This document shows positions 53,154 through 64,000 of a stretch of 64,000 nt of DNA, one piece after another. How positions within the stretch are numbered: position 1 is the stretch's first letter; each line of letters starts with the position of its first letter. A model generated the notes under the pieces. That model searched no databases. It was not told the DNA's origin and saw nothing but the letters and a program-made list of their open reading frames with translations. This DNA is from Octopus sinensis (lineage: Eukaryota), in NCBI RefSeq assembly GCF_006345805.1, contig NC_043015.1, positions 44,640,001 to 44,704,000 of the forward strand. The letters run 5' to 3'. The position numbers and the translations under genes are program-made.

Positions 53154-53378
53154 TATTTCTTTACTACAGGGGGCTAAACATAGAGGGGACAAACAAGGAC
53201 AGACAAACGGATTAAATCGATTACATCGACCCCAGTGCGTAACTGGTACTTAATTTATCGACCCCGAAAGGATGAAAGGCAAAGTCGTACTCGGCGGAAT
53301 TTGAACCCAGAACGTAACGGCAGACAAAATACGACTACGTATTTCGCGTGGCGTGCTAACGATTCTGCCAGCTCGCCC
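53154..53378 (-). mobile_element. SINE family B, 12-bp TSD
   Basis: TSD GGTAGATAAATA at 53142-53153 and 53379-53390. Confidence 0.93.
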
Positions 53379-53498
53379 GGTAGATAAATAGAGAGACAGG
53401 CAGAGACTAAGACAGAGGGCGGGACAAAGATAGCCTGAGACTTATTTATGTGTGCGTGCGAACACGCATATATATGTATGTTTCTACGTGTATATATA

Positions 53499-53630
53499 GG
53501 GAGAGTTTACGAAAAAAACAAAAGACGAAGACAGGTGGTGTACTAAACAAATAGATGTATTAGTATAACGCTCAGGAATAGAAACAGTCTTTTACGTCTC
53601 GAGCCTACGCTCTTCTACAGAAAGGGACAC
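53499..53630 (-). mobile_element. Short repeat family F (hammerhead-bearing)
   Basis: Colinear with 60659-60790; hammerhead GAAA mutated to GAGA. Confidence 0.85.
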
Positions 53631-54418
53631 ACATGTGCATATACAGCTAGGTAGATAGTTATAAGTGGGGAGATAGAGATAGAGAGTGTGAGATTGAGAG
53701 AAAGAAAGAGAAATGGATATTCAGAGTGGGCTCAATAAAAGTTATAGTGATGTGATTTTATTTCATACCATATTTGCAGTGAATCCTTAATGAGAAACGT
53801 ACACGTGAATTGCGGTTAATATCCATCAATAGCAGAGCGAAGATGCTTCTACGAAAAGGAGAAAAATCACAAAAGCGTAAATTCTATGAATTTGAAACAT
53901 AAGAAATGAAAACGCTAACTTTTTTAAATGGTAACTTGAAACTAGAACTAAATATCGGGTATTTTATTGTGATGGATTCGATCTTATCAGTGAAACGTGA
54001 TACTCATGGTAATTATAATACCGTTGATTGAAAAGTCAAATAATTAGTAATGAATTCTTTTCTGCGTCCTCTTTGAAACGTATGTTTCAAAGGTTTTACG
54101 ATCTGTCATCCATCTACTTGTGTATGTGTGTGTATGCGTATGTGAATGTGTGTGTTTGTGTGTGTGCCCGTATGTGAATGTGTGTGTCTGTGTGTGCGTA
54201 TGTGTGTGAATCCAGACACACACGCGCGCATCGATCTATCTCTCTATGGAACTATCTATATCTCTATCTTACCTATCTATCTAATCTAATCGAATGGCTC
54301 CCTCTCCCAAAATGTCGGTCCTTGTGCCTTGAGCAGAAAAGAATTATATATGTATGTGTGTACATATATACTATGTGTGGTAGTGGGTATATATTTAATT
54401 ACATACGTAACCTTATAT

Positions 54419-54494
<76 letters not shown>

Positions 54495-54510
54495 TATAAT
54501 AATAATAATA

Positions 54511-55950
54511 AAACTTACAAATACTTAGGAATCCATGAACTAGATAAGACACAACACACACAAATGAAAGAGAAAATAAAAAAAGAATATTATAGACGAG
54601 TAGATCAATACTAAACACAGAGCTCAACGCTAAAAACAAGATAATAGGTATCAACACTTTAGCTGTCCCAGTTATATGTTGCAGCTACAATATCCTTAAC
54701 TGGACACGAAATGAACTGACCAAAATAGATAGGAAAACAAGAAAAATAATGACAGGATCTAGGATGCATCACCCAAATCTGACTTAGAAGACTCTATATA
54801 CAACGTATAGAAGGTGTAGGGCCTTATACAGCTGGAAAACTACTATAAAATAACCACCATAGGACTGCAAAATATCTACTTCAGAAGGAAGGAAAACTGA
54901 TCCAGATAGCGGCAAAACACTGAGCAAACAAAAAACTGTTCTCAGTATTTAAGGAAGCTGACAAATACAAACAAGAATCATACCACCTAATAAAGACAAA
55001 GAGAAGAAGAAGATGATGAAGAAACAACAAAGTTAAAAACAAATGAAATCCAACTAAATAGAACAGCAACGACCATGATAAAACGATGGCAAGAAAAGCC
55101 CCTTCATGGTACATACTGGACTAAACTAAACGCAAAAGAAATAGACAAAGAAAAATCCCAGCAATGGTTGAGAAGCTCAGGACTCAAAGCAGAAACAGAG
55201 AGATTTTTAATTGCAGCACAGATCAAAGCCTCCCCACCAGAAATTACCAAAAATATGTAATGAAAAGAAATATTACAAGTAACTGCAGAATATGTGGAGA
55301 TGGACAAGAAACAATAAATCATATTATCTCTAGCTGCCCAGTCTTGGCTAAGAAGGAATATATTCACAGACATGACAAAGACAGAACCTACATACATTGG
55401 AAGCTATGCCAACATTATGGAATAACAACAGAAAAAAGATGGTATAGGCACACACCAGAAAAGGTCACAGAAAACGAGAAAGCAACCATACTCTGGGATA
55501 TGCCGATACACACAGATAGAGAAATTAAGGCCAACAGACCAGATATAGTTGTCAGAGATCATGAAGAAAAAAAATGCTTTCTAATTGATGTATCAATACC
55601 GGCTGATGACAACGTGTCTCTAAAAGAAATGGAGAAACTCTCAAAATACAAAGACCTGGAAATAGAGGTAACTAGTATGTGGAATCTGAAAACAGAAACA
55701 ATTCCTATCATAGTAGGTGCATTAGGCATGATAAAAAAATATTCAGACAAATACATAACAAAAACACCAGGACTTACAAACACATATAACATACAGAAAA
55801 TTGCACTACTAGGCACTGCACACATCCTACGCAGAACACTTTCCATACAATAACCATCAGAGCATCACAACAAATCACAGCACATACCCAAGGCACACAG
55901 AGCTGTGCTCGGTAGTGAAGTGAAAGCACGCTATAAAAATAAAACTACTG
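54511..55950 (+). mobile_element. R4/Dong-type non-LTR retrotransposon, 5'-truncated, in (TAA)n
   Basis: Starts at RT YKYLG; ERLY..R.EG.RGL remnant; CRICGDGQETINHIISSC; RLE motif NRPDIV...LIDVSIP; 3' end AAAATAAAACTACTG followed by (AAT)n; (TAA)n also on the 5' side. Confidence 0.92.
55164..55853 (+). CDS. C-terminal Zn knuckle + restriction-like endonuclease of the R4/Dong element
   Basis: ORF-track protein; the true frame is joined after a frameshift near 55220. Confidence 0.85.
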   Translation: MVEKLRTQSRNREIFNCSTDQSLPTRNYQKYVMKRNITSNCRICGDGQETINHIISSCPVLAKKEYIHRHDKDRTYIHWKLCQHYGITTEKRWYRHTPEKVTENEKATILWDMPIHTDREIKANRPDIVVRDHEEKKCFLIDVSIPADDNVSLKEMEKLSKYKDLEIEVTSMWNLKTETIPIIVGALGMIKKYSDKYITKTPGLTNTYNIQKIALLGTAHILRRTLSIQ

Positions 55951-56223
55951 AATAATAATAATAATAATTGTAATAATAATTATGAGTATAATTCCAAACT
56001 TACAGGGAAAAATTCAACTTAGTAATAATTAAAATTTCACAATATAAATATATAATATATATAATTTAGAGAAAAACCACTATTATGCATTTCAAAGAAT
56101 GATAGGCATAAACCACATCATAAAAAAGAATAAAATATATTTTTAAGCATAACTAGATCACAAAAAGTACAAAAAGGAAGAAACAATATATCATAAGTAA
56201 AAAGACTACGTACGTTTCATGGC

Positions 56224-56269
<46 letters not shown>

Positions 56270-57274
56270 AAATGGGACAAGAACTCAAAACATTCAGAAG
56301 ACGATACAAAAAACACGGACGGATCATTCGAAGCCTTCAATCTTCAGTCAAGAATTTTGGCTGATTAATCTTGAGATTGCTCCAATCCAGCCATTCCCAA
56401 GGAAAAACTAAGCTAAGCTTATTAGATTCCTAGGAAAAAAGCTTCGAATGTATACGAAACAAGGACGGAAAAACGGACGATGATACACGAATATGAATTC
56501 AAAACTAATACGAAAAAAACAACAACAATAATAATAATAATAATAATAATAACAATAACAGGACGTCACAATAGGCGGCTTTTGGTTTAGATGAATTGAA
56601 CTCAGCTGGCGTGTTAGGAGTGTGCCTTGGGAAGAGAAAAAATGTTGATGTTACCACGACCGCTGCCAGACCCAAAAGGCCAGTCGGTCACGTGTGAAGA
56701 GAATATATATATATAGCTTGTATATTATGTTATGTAAAAATATACGTATATATGCATACACCCGCTCAAACAAACAAGCAAACAAACCAAATACGTAATA
56801 ATGTAGCACAGATATATGCCAGTATCCCACCCAATCTGGCACAATTATCTCGCCTGTTGCACAGGTTGCCATCGCTATCTGCACCATCTGTTTTTTATTG
56901 TGTATTTAGAGAAAATACTATCCCTAATAATAGCTAAACCTATTTCATTATGTATACTTAGCATTTAGTCATGCTACCAGAACATCTGTGTTATGGTTAC
57001 ATCAGGAAGCAAGTCCTTATGCATTCAAAACAAAACATAATAAACGGTTTATTTTTAACTGGAGGTGATAGTTCGTTAGTGTGTTAAGTATCTTATCTTT
57101 TATGCGTCTCAGTTATTGGATTGCGGCCCCTCTGCTACACGATAATATGGTGCCTGGGGGTTTGTATAGGATTCCATTGCTACAATTTATCTACAGCAAA
57201 TTGCTTATAATTCCACAGTACACAAAATATTTTATTCAATCTGTTCTACAATTCATAATGATATTTTATTATTT

Positions 57275-57496
57275 TACTCTTTTACTTATTTCGGTCATTT
57301 GACTGCGGCTATAATGGAGCATCGCCTTGAAATGCTTCTGTACTTATCCTGCCTGTCTCTTTGTACTTGTTCTCTCGGTGTCTTAGCCGAACCGCTAAGT
57401 TATGAGATCGTAAACACACCAAAACTGATTGTCAAGCGAGGGTGGGAGGACAAACACAGACACGAAAACACTCAATCAGTCACCCACCCACCCACT

Positions 57497-57532
<36 letters not shown>

Positions 57533-57694
57533 CAAAAGCCTTCTTTCAGTTTCCGTCTACCAAATCCAATTACGAGGCTTTGGTCGGCTCATGGCTTTAG
57601 TAGAAAACACTTGCCCAAAGTTTCATGCAGTGAAACTAATCCCAGGAGCGTGTGGCTCTTAAGCAAGTCTCTTACCACACAGTCATTCCTGTAC
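57275..57694 (-). mobile_element. SINE family A, degenerate
   Basis: Recognisable tail, core and head. Confidence 0.8.
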
Positions 57695-58020
57695 CTCTGA
57701 TTATTTAATTATAAAATTACTGAAGGATATTTTTCAATAGACATCAGATGGCTATGGCCGTCCAGTCGAGTAAAAGAGGAATGAGAGAGGTCCATAGACA
57801 AGAAATGGTTCAGAACCACTGATATAGCAGAAAAAATTGACCACGAAACACGATTTGTTATTTCTTTTTTTTTATATTTGTAAATATTCTTTATGTCTTT
57901 TTTGCCGAACTGATAAGCTACGGGGACGCAATCAAACCAAAATCTGCCGTGGAGTAGAAGGGAGAAAGAAATATTCCTACACACACTACAAGCACACATA
58001 CATGTACACACAGTTATAAA

Positions 58021-58060
<40 letters not shown>

Positions 58061-58097
58061 TAATAATATATGCATATATATATATATACATATGTGT

Positions 58098-58176
<79 letters not shown>

Positions 58177-58187
58177 CATCTATTATA

Positions 58188-59225
58188 TTGGGTCATCCCA
58201 TAGATAATGTGTTTTTTTCAATTGCATCATCTAAAATCGGAGGGTACGGGATAAACTACCTGCATCAGCTTGCTATGACTTCAGGTAGTAATTTTACCTT
58301 GTCCTTATTCTTAGTGCAAGTTTGGAAGAGTGCAGTTCTATTTTCAACAGTTAATTTTTCAAAGCTATAATGTAAATGACAAAGGAACATATTCGGCATA
58401 GTTTGTTTTATGAGTTCAATATAGCAAGTACGCAACGGAAAGTGTGAGAAATATTAATGCAATTTCAACGGTGGTCCCAGAAATTCTAAACTGGAAACTA
58501 CAGCCTAGAAGACGATTCTCGTCCTGAAACATCTGTAGAACTCGACGAGGACGTCCTGCAAACCCTAGTGGAACAAAATCCCATCGTAACTTTTGAGGAA
58601 CTAGCAGAGAAGCTTGGATTTGGTCATTCAACGTTTTATCGATACCTGCGTGCCATCGGAAAAGTCAGCAAATTGGGTCAATGGGTTCCTCACAAACTTT
58701 TCAAGTCTAATCGCGTGGAGAGTGTGAATGTGTGCTCTTCGTTGCTGTCCGAATGGTAACTGGTGACGAGAAATGGGTTCTCCATAAGAATGTCAAGCAC
58801 TGAAGACATTGGGTAGGGAAGGAATAAACACTGGCACCTCAGGTTAAAAATGGTATTTACCCACGTAATGTGTTGTTTTCTGGTTGGTGGTATATGAAAG
58901 GTTTAGTCCACTTTGAACTTTTAAACTCAAACCAAACAATAACAAAGGCGATCTATTGCGATCAGCTTGAGCGGTTTAAATCACCGCTAGAAGAAAAACG
59001 GCCATCTTTGTTTGCAAGACAAAAGGTTGTCTTCCATCAGAATAACGCTCGGCCACATACAGCGAAGATGGAATTCCAAAGGCTGGAGCTGTTAGGATGG
59101 AAAAGGATGCCCCACCCACCATATTCGTCGGACATTGTCCCATCTGAATATCGTTTATCCCGGTTTTCAAAATCATTTGAACAGACAAAATATGAATTCT
59201 GTAGAAGAGGTCAGAAGTGTACTGG
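58188..59225 (+). mobile_element. Near-full-length decayed mariner, 3' end lost
   Basis: TA|TTGGGTCATCCC 5' end; KEHIRH, WVPHKL, VTGDEKW, HQNNARPH and HPPYSSDIVPSEY remnants with stops and frameshifts. Confidence 0.9.
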
Positions 59226-59479
59226 AGGAAATCAATTGCCAAAAGTGCAGTGCAGTGGAATTGAACCCGAAACCAAGCCGTTGCTAAGTGATATTCTTAG
59301 CCGAACATCCATACCTGATATTATATAATAAAATTCAGATCATTTTATTAATGAGTTAAAACACCTTTGTAACACAAACAAAAAGTTACATTTTGACTAG
59401 AGTTGCAATAAATAATGAATAAATTAATTAATAAATGAATAAATAATGAGCATCATATCCTCTGGGTGTACACTCTTCA

Positions 59480-60100
59480 TTCTGTTTCATTAAAGCGCAA
59501 ATCGAGGAAACTGGGAAATATTAAGAAATTCAACATCTTATATCTGGGCGTACAAAGATTTTGCGATGTTATCATTGTTCCAATTCTCATAGGATTTTTA
59601 TATTTTTATAATGAATTCTTTGGTAATTCTTCGATAAGAGACTTCTATCCCAATTCTACCTCATACCTGCTTAGATCAAGGTTGGCCAGATTATTTAGTG
59701 AAATGTTTTTGCTGAATATAAATTGCCGACGTCCTTTGCACATCAAACCCCTAGCAAAATCTCTCGCTTATGAGCTGAGCTTGACTTTTATCAGTCAAGC
59801 ATTTAAAATCTTCAGACTCAGCTTCATTGCAAAGTGTCGACGTAATCCACAACCATGAATATATTTTAAGAAATTTAAGCAGACATATCGAAAGCCTGTA
59901 ATTATATTTATGAGGCAAATCCTCACATTTCATCCAGTGCTTCAGCAATTTCAATTTCGTTAGATCTAACTAAAGCAGCACTTAGACGAAGGGAAAGCAG
60001 GACATGCCATGGTTTTCATGCGGGGATTCTAAAAGCAGAGATCATCAAATCTTTGTCTATTGACGATATGACCTTCTGGTTCCATTCAATATTCTAAATA
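59480..60100 (-). pseudogene. Possible highly decayed hAT-like transposase
   Basis: Long semi-open minus frame with several stops, containing LCTPRYK (compare hAT LDPRYK). Confidence 0.25.
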
Positions 60101-60220
60101 AACAATCTCTGCTCATCGCAGACTATTGACTAAATAACAGTACTGTAATAAATCTGTGAAGATCGCTACGTATGCCCACATCATGTAATTAGAATGACCT
60201 TTATGGCGATGATAGGTTTA

Positions 60221-60638
60221 GGCGCAGGAGTTGCTGTGTGGTAAGTAGCTTGCTTACCAACCACATGGTTCTGGGTTCAGTCCCACTGCGTGGCACCTTA
60301 CGCAAGTGTGTCTTCTATTATAGCCTCGGGTCGACCAAAGCCTTGTGAGTGGATTTGGTAGACGGAAACTGAATGAAGCCCGTCGTATATATATATATAT
60401 ATACATATATATACCTGTATATGTTTGTGTGTCTGTGGTTGCTCCCCCCGCCCAAAATTGCTTGACAACCGATGCTGATGTGTTTACGTCCCCGTCCATT
60501 AGCGATTCGGCAAGAGAGACCGCTAGAATAAGTACCAGATTTACAAAGAATAAGTCCTGGATTCGATTTGCTCGACTATCGGCGGTGCTCCAGCATGACC
60601 GTAGTCAAATGCCTGAAACAGATAAAACAATAAAAGAA
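60221..60638 (+). mobile_element. SINE family A, full length
   Basis: Head, core and tail. Confidence 0.93.
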
Positions 60639-60658
60639 TATATATATATATATATATA

Positions 60659-60856
60659 GGGAGAGTTAACGAAAAAAACAAAAGACGAAGACTGGTGGTG
60701 TACAAAACAAACAGATGTATTAGTATAACGCTCAGGAATAGAAAAAGTCCTTTTACGTTTCGAGCCTACGCTCTTCTACAGAAAGGGACACAGAAAAAAA
60801 ACAAGGAGAGAAAAAATGTGTGTAGTGGCTAACGATCTAACATGGCGACTGACTTC

Positions 60857-60858
<2 letters not shown>
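60659..60858 (-). mobile_element. Short repeat family F, 200 bp between (TA)n arrays
   Basis: Third copy of the family; carries the best-preserved hammerhead motif. Confidence 0.85.
60749..60786 (-). ncRNA. Minimal hammerhead-like motif with U at position 6
   Basis: CCUUU-CUGUAGA-A-GAGC(GUAG)GCUC-GAAA-CG-UA-AAAGG: perfect 5-bp helix I, 4-bp helix II, ACGU palindrome at helix III. Confidence 0.65.
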
Positions 60859-60903
<45 letters not shown>

Positions 60904-61261
60904 TGTACATATATACATATCTTATTTTAAACAAAGTCTCTGCTTTTTAGTTCAAATTGTAACGACACACTTTTTCTTAGATTCAAGGATTTAAATAATC
61001 ACATACATTGATAGAACAGTTATTCCTTAAACATAAATCTATTTAAATTTGGATGAAATCCACTTGCTTGGAATGGCATATTTTAACTCATCGGAAAAGG
61101 TACTGCTTCTTATGTTTGTTGTTAAATCACGATTCTCTGAATTAGGCAGATATGTCGCATTCTCTCCCAAGATAATAGCTTCATTCGCCTCTTTCTCTTC
61201 TTATAATTGTATTTTCTTTCTGACGTTGTAAATCTCATATTAATAAATTACACCAAAAGAA

Positions 61262-61660
61262 TTCAGCGAGCTGGCAGTAGCGTTAGCACGCCAGGCAAAA
61301 TATTTAGCAGTATTTCGTCTGTTTTTACGTTCTGAGTTCAAATTCCGCCGAGGTCGACTTTGCCTTTCATCGTTTCGGGGTTGATAAATTAAGTACCAGT
61401 TGCGTACCGCTGTCGATCTAATCGATGGCTCCCTTCCCCAAAATTTCTGTTCTTGTGCCAAGAGTAGAAAAGAATAAAGTACACTAAGAGCTAAGGCAAC
61501 AAGCTGACAGAATCGTTACTGCGCCGGGGTAAAATGCTTCGCTGTATTTCATCCTCTTTCACTCCCCGAGTTCAAATTCGGCCGAGGTCGACTTTGCTAG
61601 AAGAGATCGATGAAATGAATATACTGGGGTGAATATAATCAACTTACCCCTCCTACATAT
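61262..61660 (+). mobile_element. Two adjacent SINE family B-like copies
   Basis: GAGTTCAAATTC.GCCGAGGTCGACTTTGC occurs twice; a third, more degraded copy lies near 62005-62180. Confidence 0.8.
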
Positions 61661-63119
61661 TTACTGGCGTTGAACCAAAATTTGAAATTGACAAATTATA
61701 CTAATTGCTCAGGCGGTGAGCTGACAGAATCTTTCCCGCGTCAAGTTGTCTTGCAAACAACTTGCACATGCAAGTGCTACCAGTCAAAAACTCCGCATAC
61801 GGGAAGCCAGCAAGTGAATGAGGTCATCAGGAGCCGTTTCGGAGCCTACTTCTTGACGGCATCAATGCGCACCGCCCCCTCCCCTTGCCCCTCACTGATA
61901 TGAGGCCCCGCTTGCTAGATCAGCTGGTTATCAAATAAAGTTCAATATTCTTCTAGCCATCGCTCAGTGTCTCTTTTTAACCAAATTCAGTGACTAGCCT
62001 GGAGTTTAGCAGCATTTCGTCCGCCTTTGCGTTCTGAGCTCAAGTTTCACCCAAGACCACTTTACCTTGCGTATTTTTAAGAACGATAAAATAAATGCCA
62101 TTCAAACTCTGGGGGTCGATGTAATCGATTTCGTCACCTCTGAAAATTGCTGATTTTATACCAAAATAAGAAAAGAGTAAATTATAGTAAGATCCACTCT
62201 GTACGGGTTTAACCTCAAGAAATTTCACACATGACCTTCAGTGTCTCTTCCGCTATTTCATTGCGAAATTTCCAAAATGAAATGCGATACCATAATTCTA
62301 GGAAAAGAACTAGATGTGACTTGGTGCTAGCTGTCTCCCTAAATAATAAAAAGCAGCTGCATACAATTCACGTGCATTTCTTTATCATTGAAGGCATATA
62401 TATGAGAAGATGTCACGTACTTCAATATTGCACATTTAAGTAGAATGCTAATATTCAATATTAAAGTTGTATTGTGATTTCGTGACTAGATGACACGAGG
62501 ATTTCTGAATAAATTTGATATCAATCAACATTTCGTTTCTATTTGCATTTACGATGACATGAATCTCAACCAACGATTTCGGCAATATCTCCTATTATAG
62601 TGCAAAATATAATAGGAGTCAGCAAAATTTATGAACAAACACAATAATATATATTTATAAGCAATGTATTAATTAGTGAATAGACTCCTCAAAAAAAACT
62701 ACTATAATATTTCTATATAAGTAATGCAAATAGGTGCAGGTATGGATGAGTGGTAAAGCTGCTCGTTTAGAAATGTCATTTCAGGTTCAAGTCAGCTGTG
62801 CGGACCGTTGGTCAAGTGTCCTCGCCTAGTGAGAGAAATTGGTAGACAGAAACAGTATGGAGGCGTTTTGCACACACACACACCTGCACTCAAACACCTA
62901 CGCATGTATGTGCGTGTACGTGCATTTTTCTGTTGGTTTGCTTATGTCACCGTGTACTAATTTCTCGGCAAATGAGGTCGACATGTTGCATGCAAGTTTT
63001 AACAACATAACTACTGGGTGCGATCTGTTTAACTGCATCCTTCCAGGTGATGCCATAGCAAGGCCTTAGTCAAGTGTGTGAAATATGTAAAAGATAAAAT
63101 ATTTAAAATATCCCCTGTT

Positions 63120-63259
63120 GCTACCAAATCCACCCACAAGGATTTTTTCGGCCCAAGGCTATCGCAGAAGACACTTGCCCAAGGCGCCACGCAGCTGGAC
63201 TGAACCTGGAGCCATTTGGTTGGTAAGCAAGCTACTTACCACACAGCCACTCCTGCGCC
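63120..63259 (-). mobile_element. SINE family A, 5' part
   Basis: Ends CAGCCACTCCTGCGCC. Confidence 0.85.
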
Positions 63260-64000
63260 AATAGGTTCAAGAATAATATATATCTACCATTTCTACCGTA
63301 TATGTATCAACCATGTCTAACATATAAGAATAACATCTACCATGTAAGTTTAAAGAACAATATATTATATTATGGATAACTGCCTTATATCTCATAATAT
63401 TTTTAACACCATAGATGACAATCTAAATTTCTGTATTGAAAATAACAGGTACTAAAAACACTTTACAACAAAAATTCTACTCGAACTTATGAGCTTGAAA
63501 ATAATCAAATTTTATGTTATATACCAATGATATTGTCATCAACCGCTACTCAAATAAGTAAACAGTAAAAATCAACATGGAAGGATATAGCACTACAGCA
63601 GAAAAGAACCAAGAAGAGGGCTTTAAATAAATGAGATAATATACATTTTATTATAAGGAGTAACAGAAAAGTTTAAAAAAAGAAAGACACGAAATAGGTT
63701 TTTAAGCGGGTAACAAAAGGAATCTACTATGAATTAAATGGAAATAAAATATCTATAGAAAACCGGATTTGACTTAAAGAGAAATAAGTACAACAAAGGA
63801 AAGAGACTAAGTGTTATCATTATAAAGAAGATGATTGGGCCTCCACTGTAAGTAGCTGTGTTTCTTTTTAAACACCATTAGTTATATTTTTCGCTATTAT
63901 TGTATTGCAATATTTTACGGTATAAGTCTATTTAGAACACCTGTTGCTCTTCAGAATCACTGTAGCAGGATAAACTTACTTAGATAAACTTAGATATGTT

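Noticed and set aside
56204-56223. Minus-strand GAAACGTACGTA (palindromic helix III-like)
   Set aside because: The 5' half with CUGANGA is replaced by (TA)n; not callable as a ribozyme.
56310-56350. Minus-strand CTGAAGATTGAAGGCTTCGAATG
   Set aside because: No GAAA and no workable helix II loop.
61820-61845. Minus-strand GAAAC...CTGATGA as a permuted hammerhead
   Set aside because: No room for helix I between the motifs.

Overview
AT-rich, microsatellite-saturated eukaryotic DNA. The three tRNA-derived SINE families and the overall repeat landscape look like a coleoid cephalopod (Octopus-like); this is inference, as no database search was possible. No host protein-coding gene can be called with confidence, and most ORF-track entries are translations of (TA)n/(CATA)n/(TATC)n/(TAA)n arrays. 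Recognisable content: a 5'-truncated ~5 kb Tx1/L1-clade LINE (27415-32413) embedded in a (TATC)n array with a candidate ~34-bp target-site duplication; a 5'-truncated R4/Dong-type restriction-like-endonuclease LINE in (TAA)n (54511-55950); a Penelope-like GIY-YIG remnant (10811-11246); mariner remnants at four loci; a non-autonomous Helitron; MITEs; and about 30 SINE copies or fragments. The least expected signals are RNA-structural. Several short repeats carry minimal type-I hammerhead ribozyme motifs with palindromic helix III, as described for Penelope-like elements. Two intact-core copies sit in the arms of a ~1.58-kb inverted repeat (20392-21971). A second family of ~200 bp has U at core position 6 in all three copies. 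There is also a perfect spacer-less 354-bp palindrome (16601-16954), which may be an assembly artefact, and a weak two-exon candidate ending in a CaaX-like RRCCVLV*. All alignments and base pairings were done by eye.
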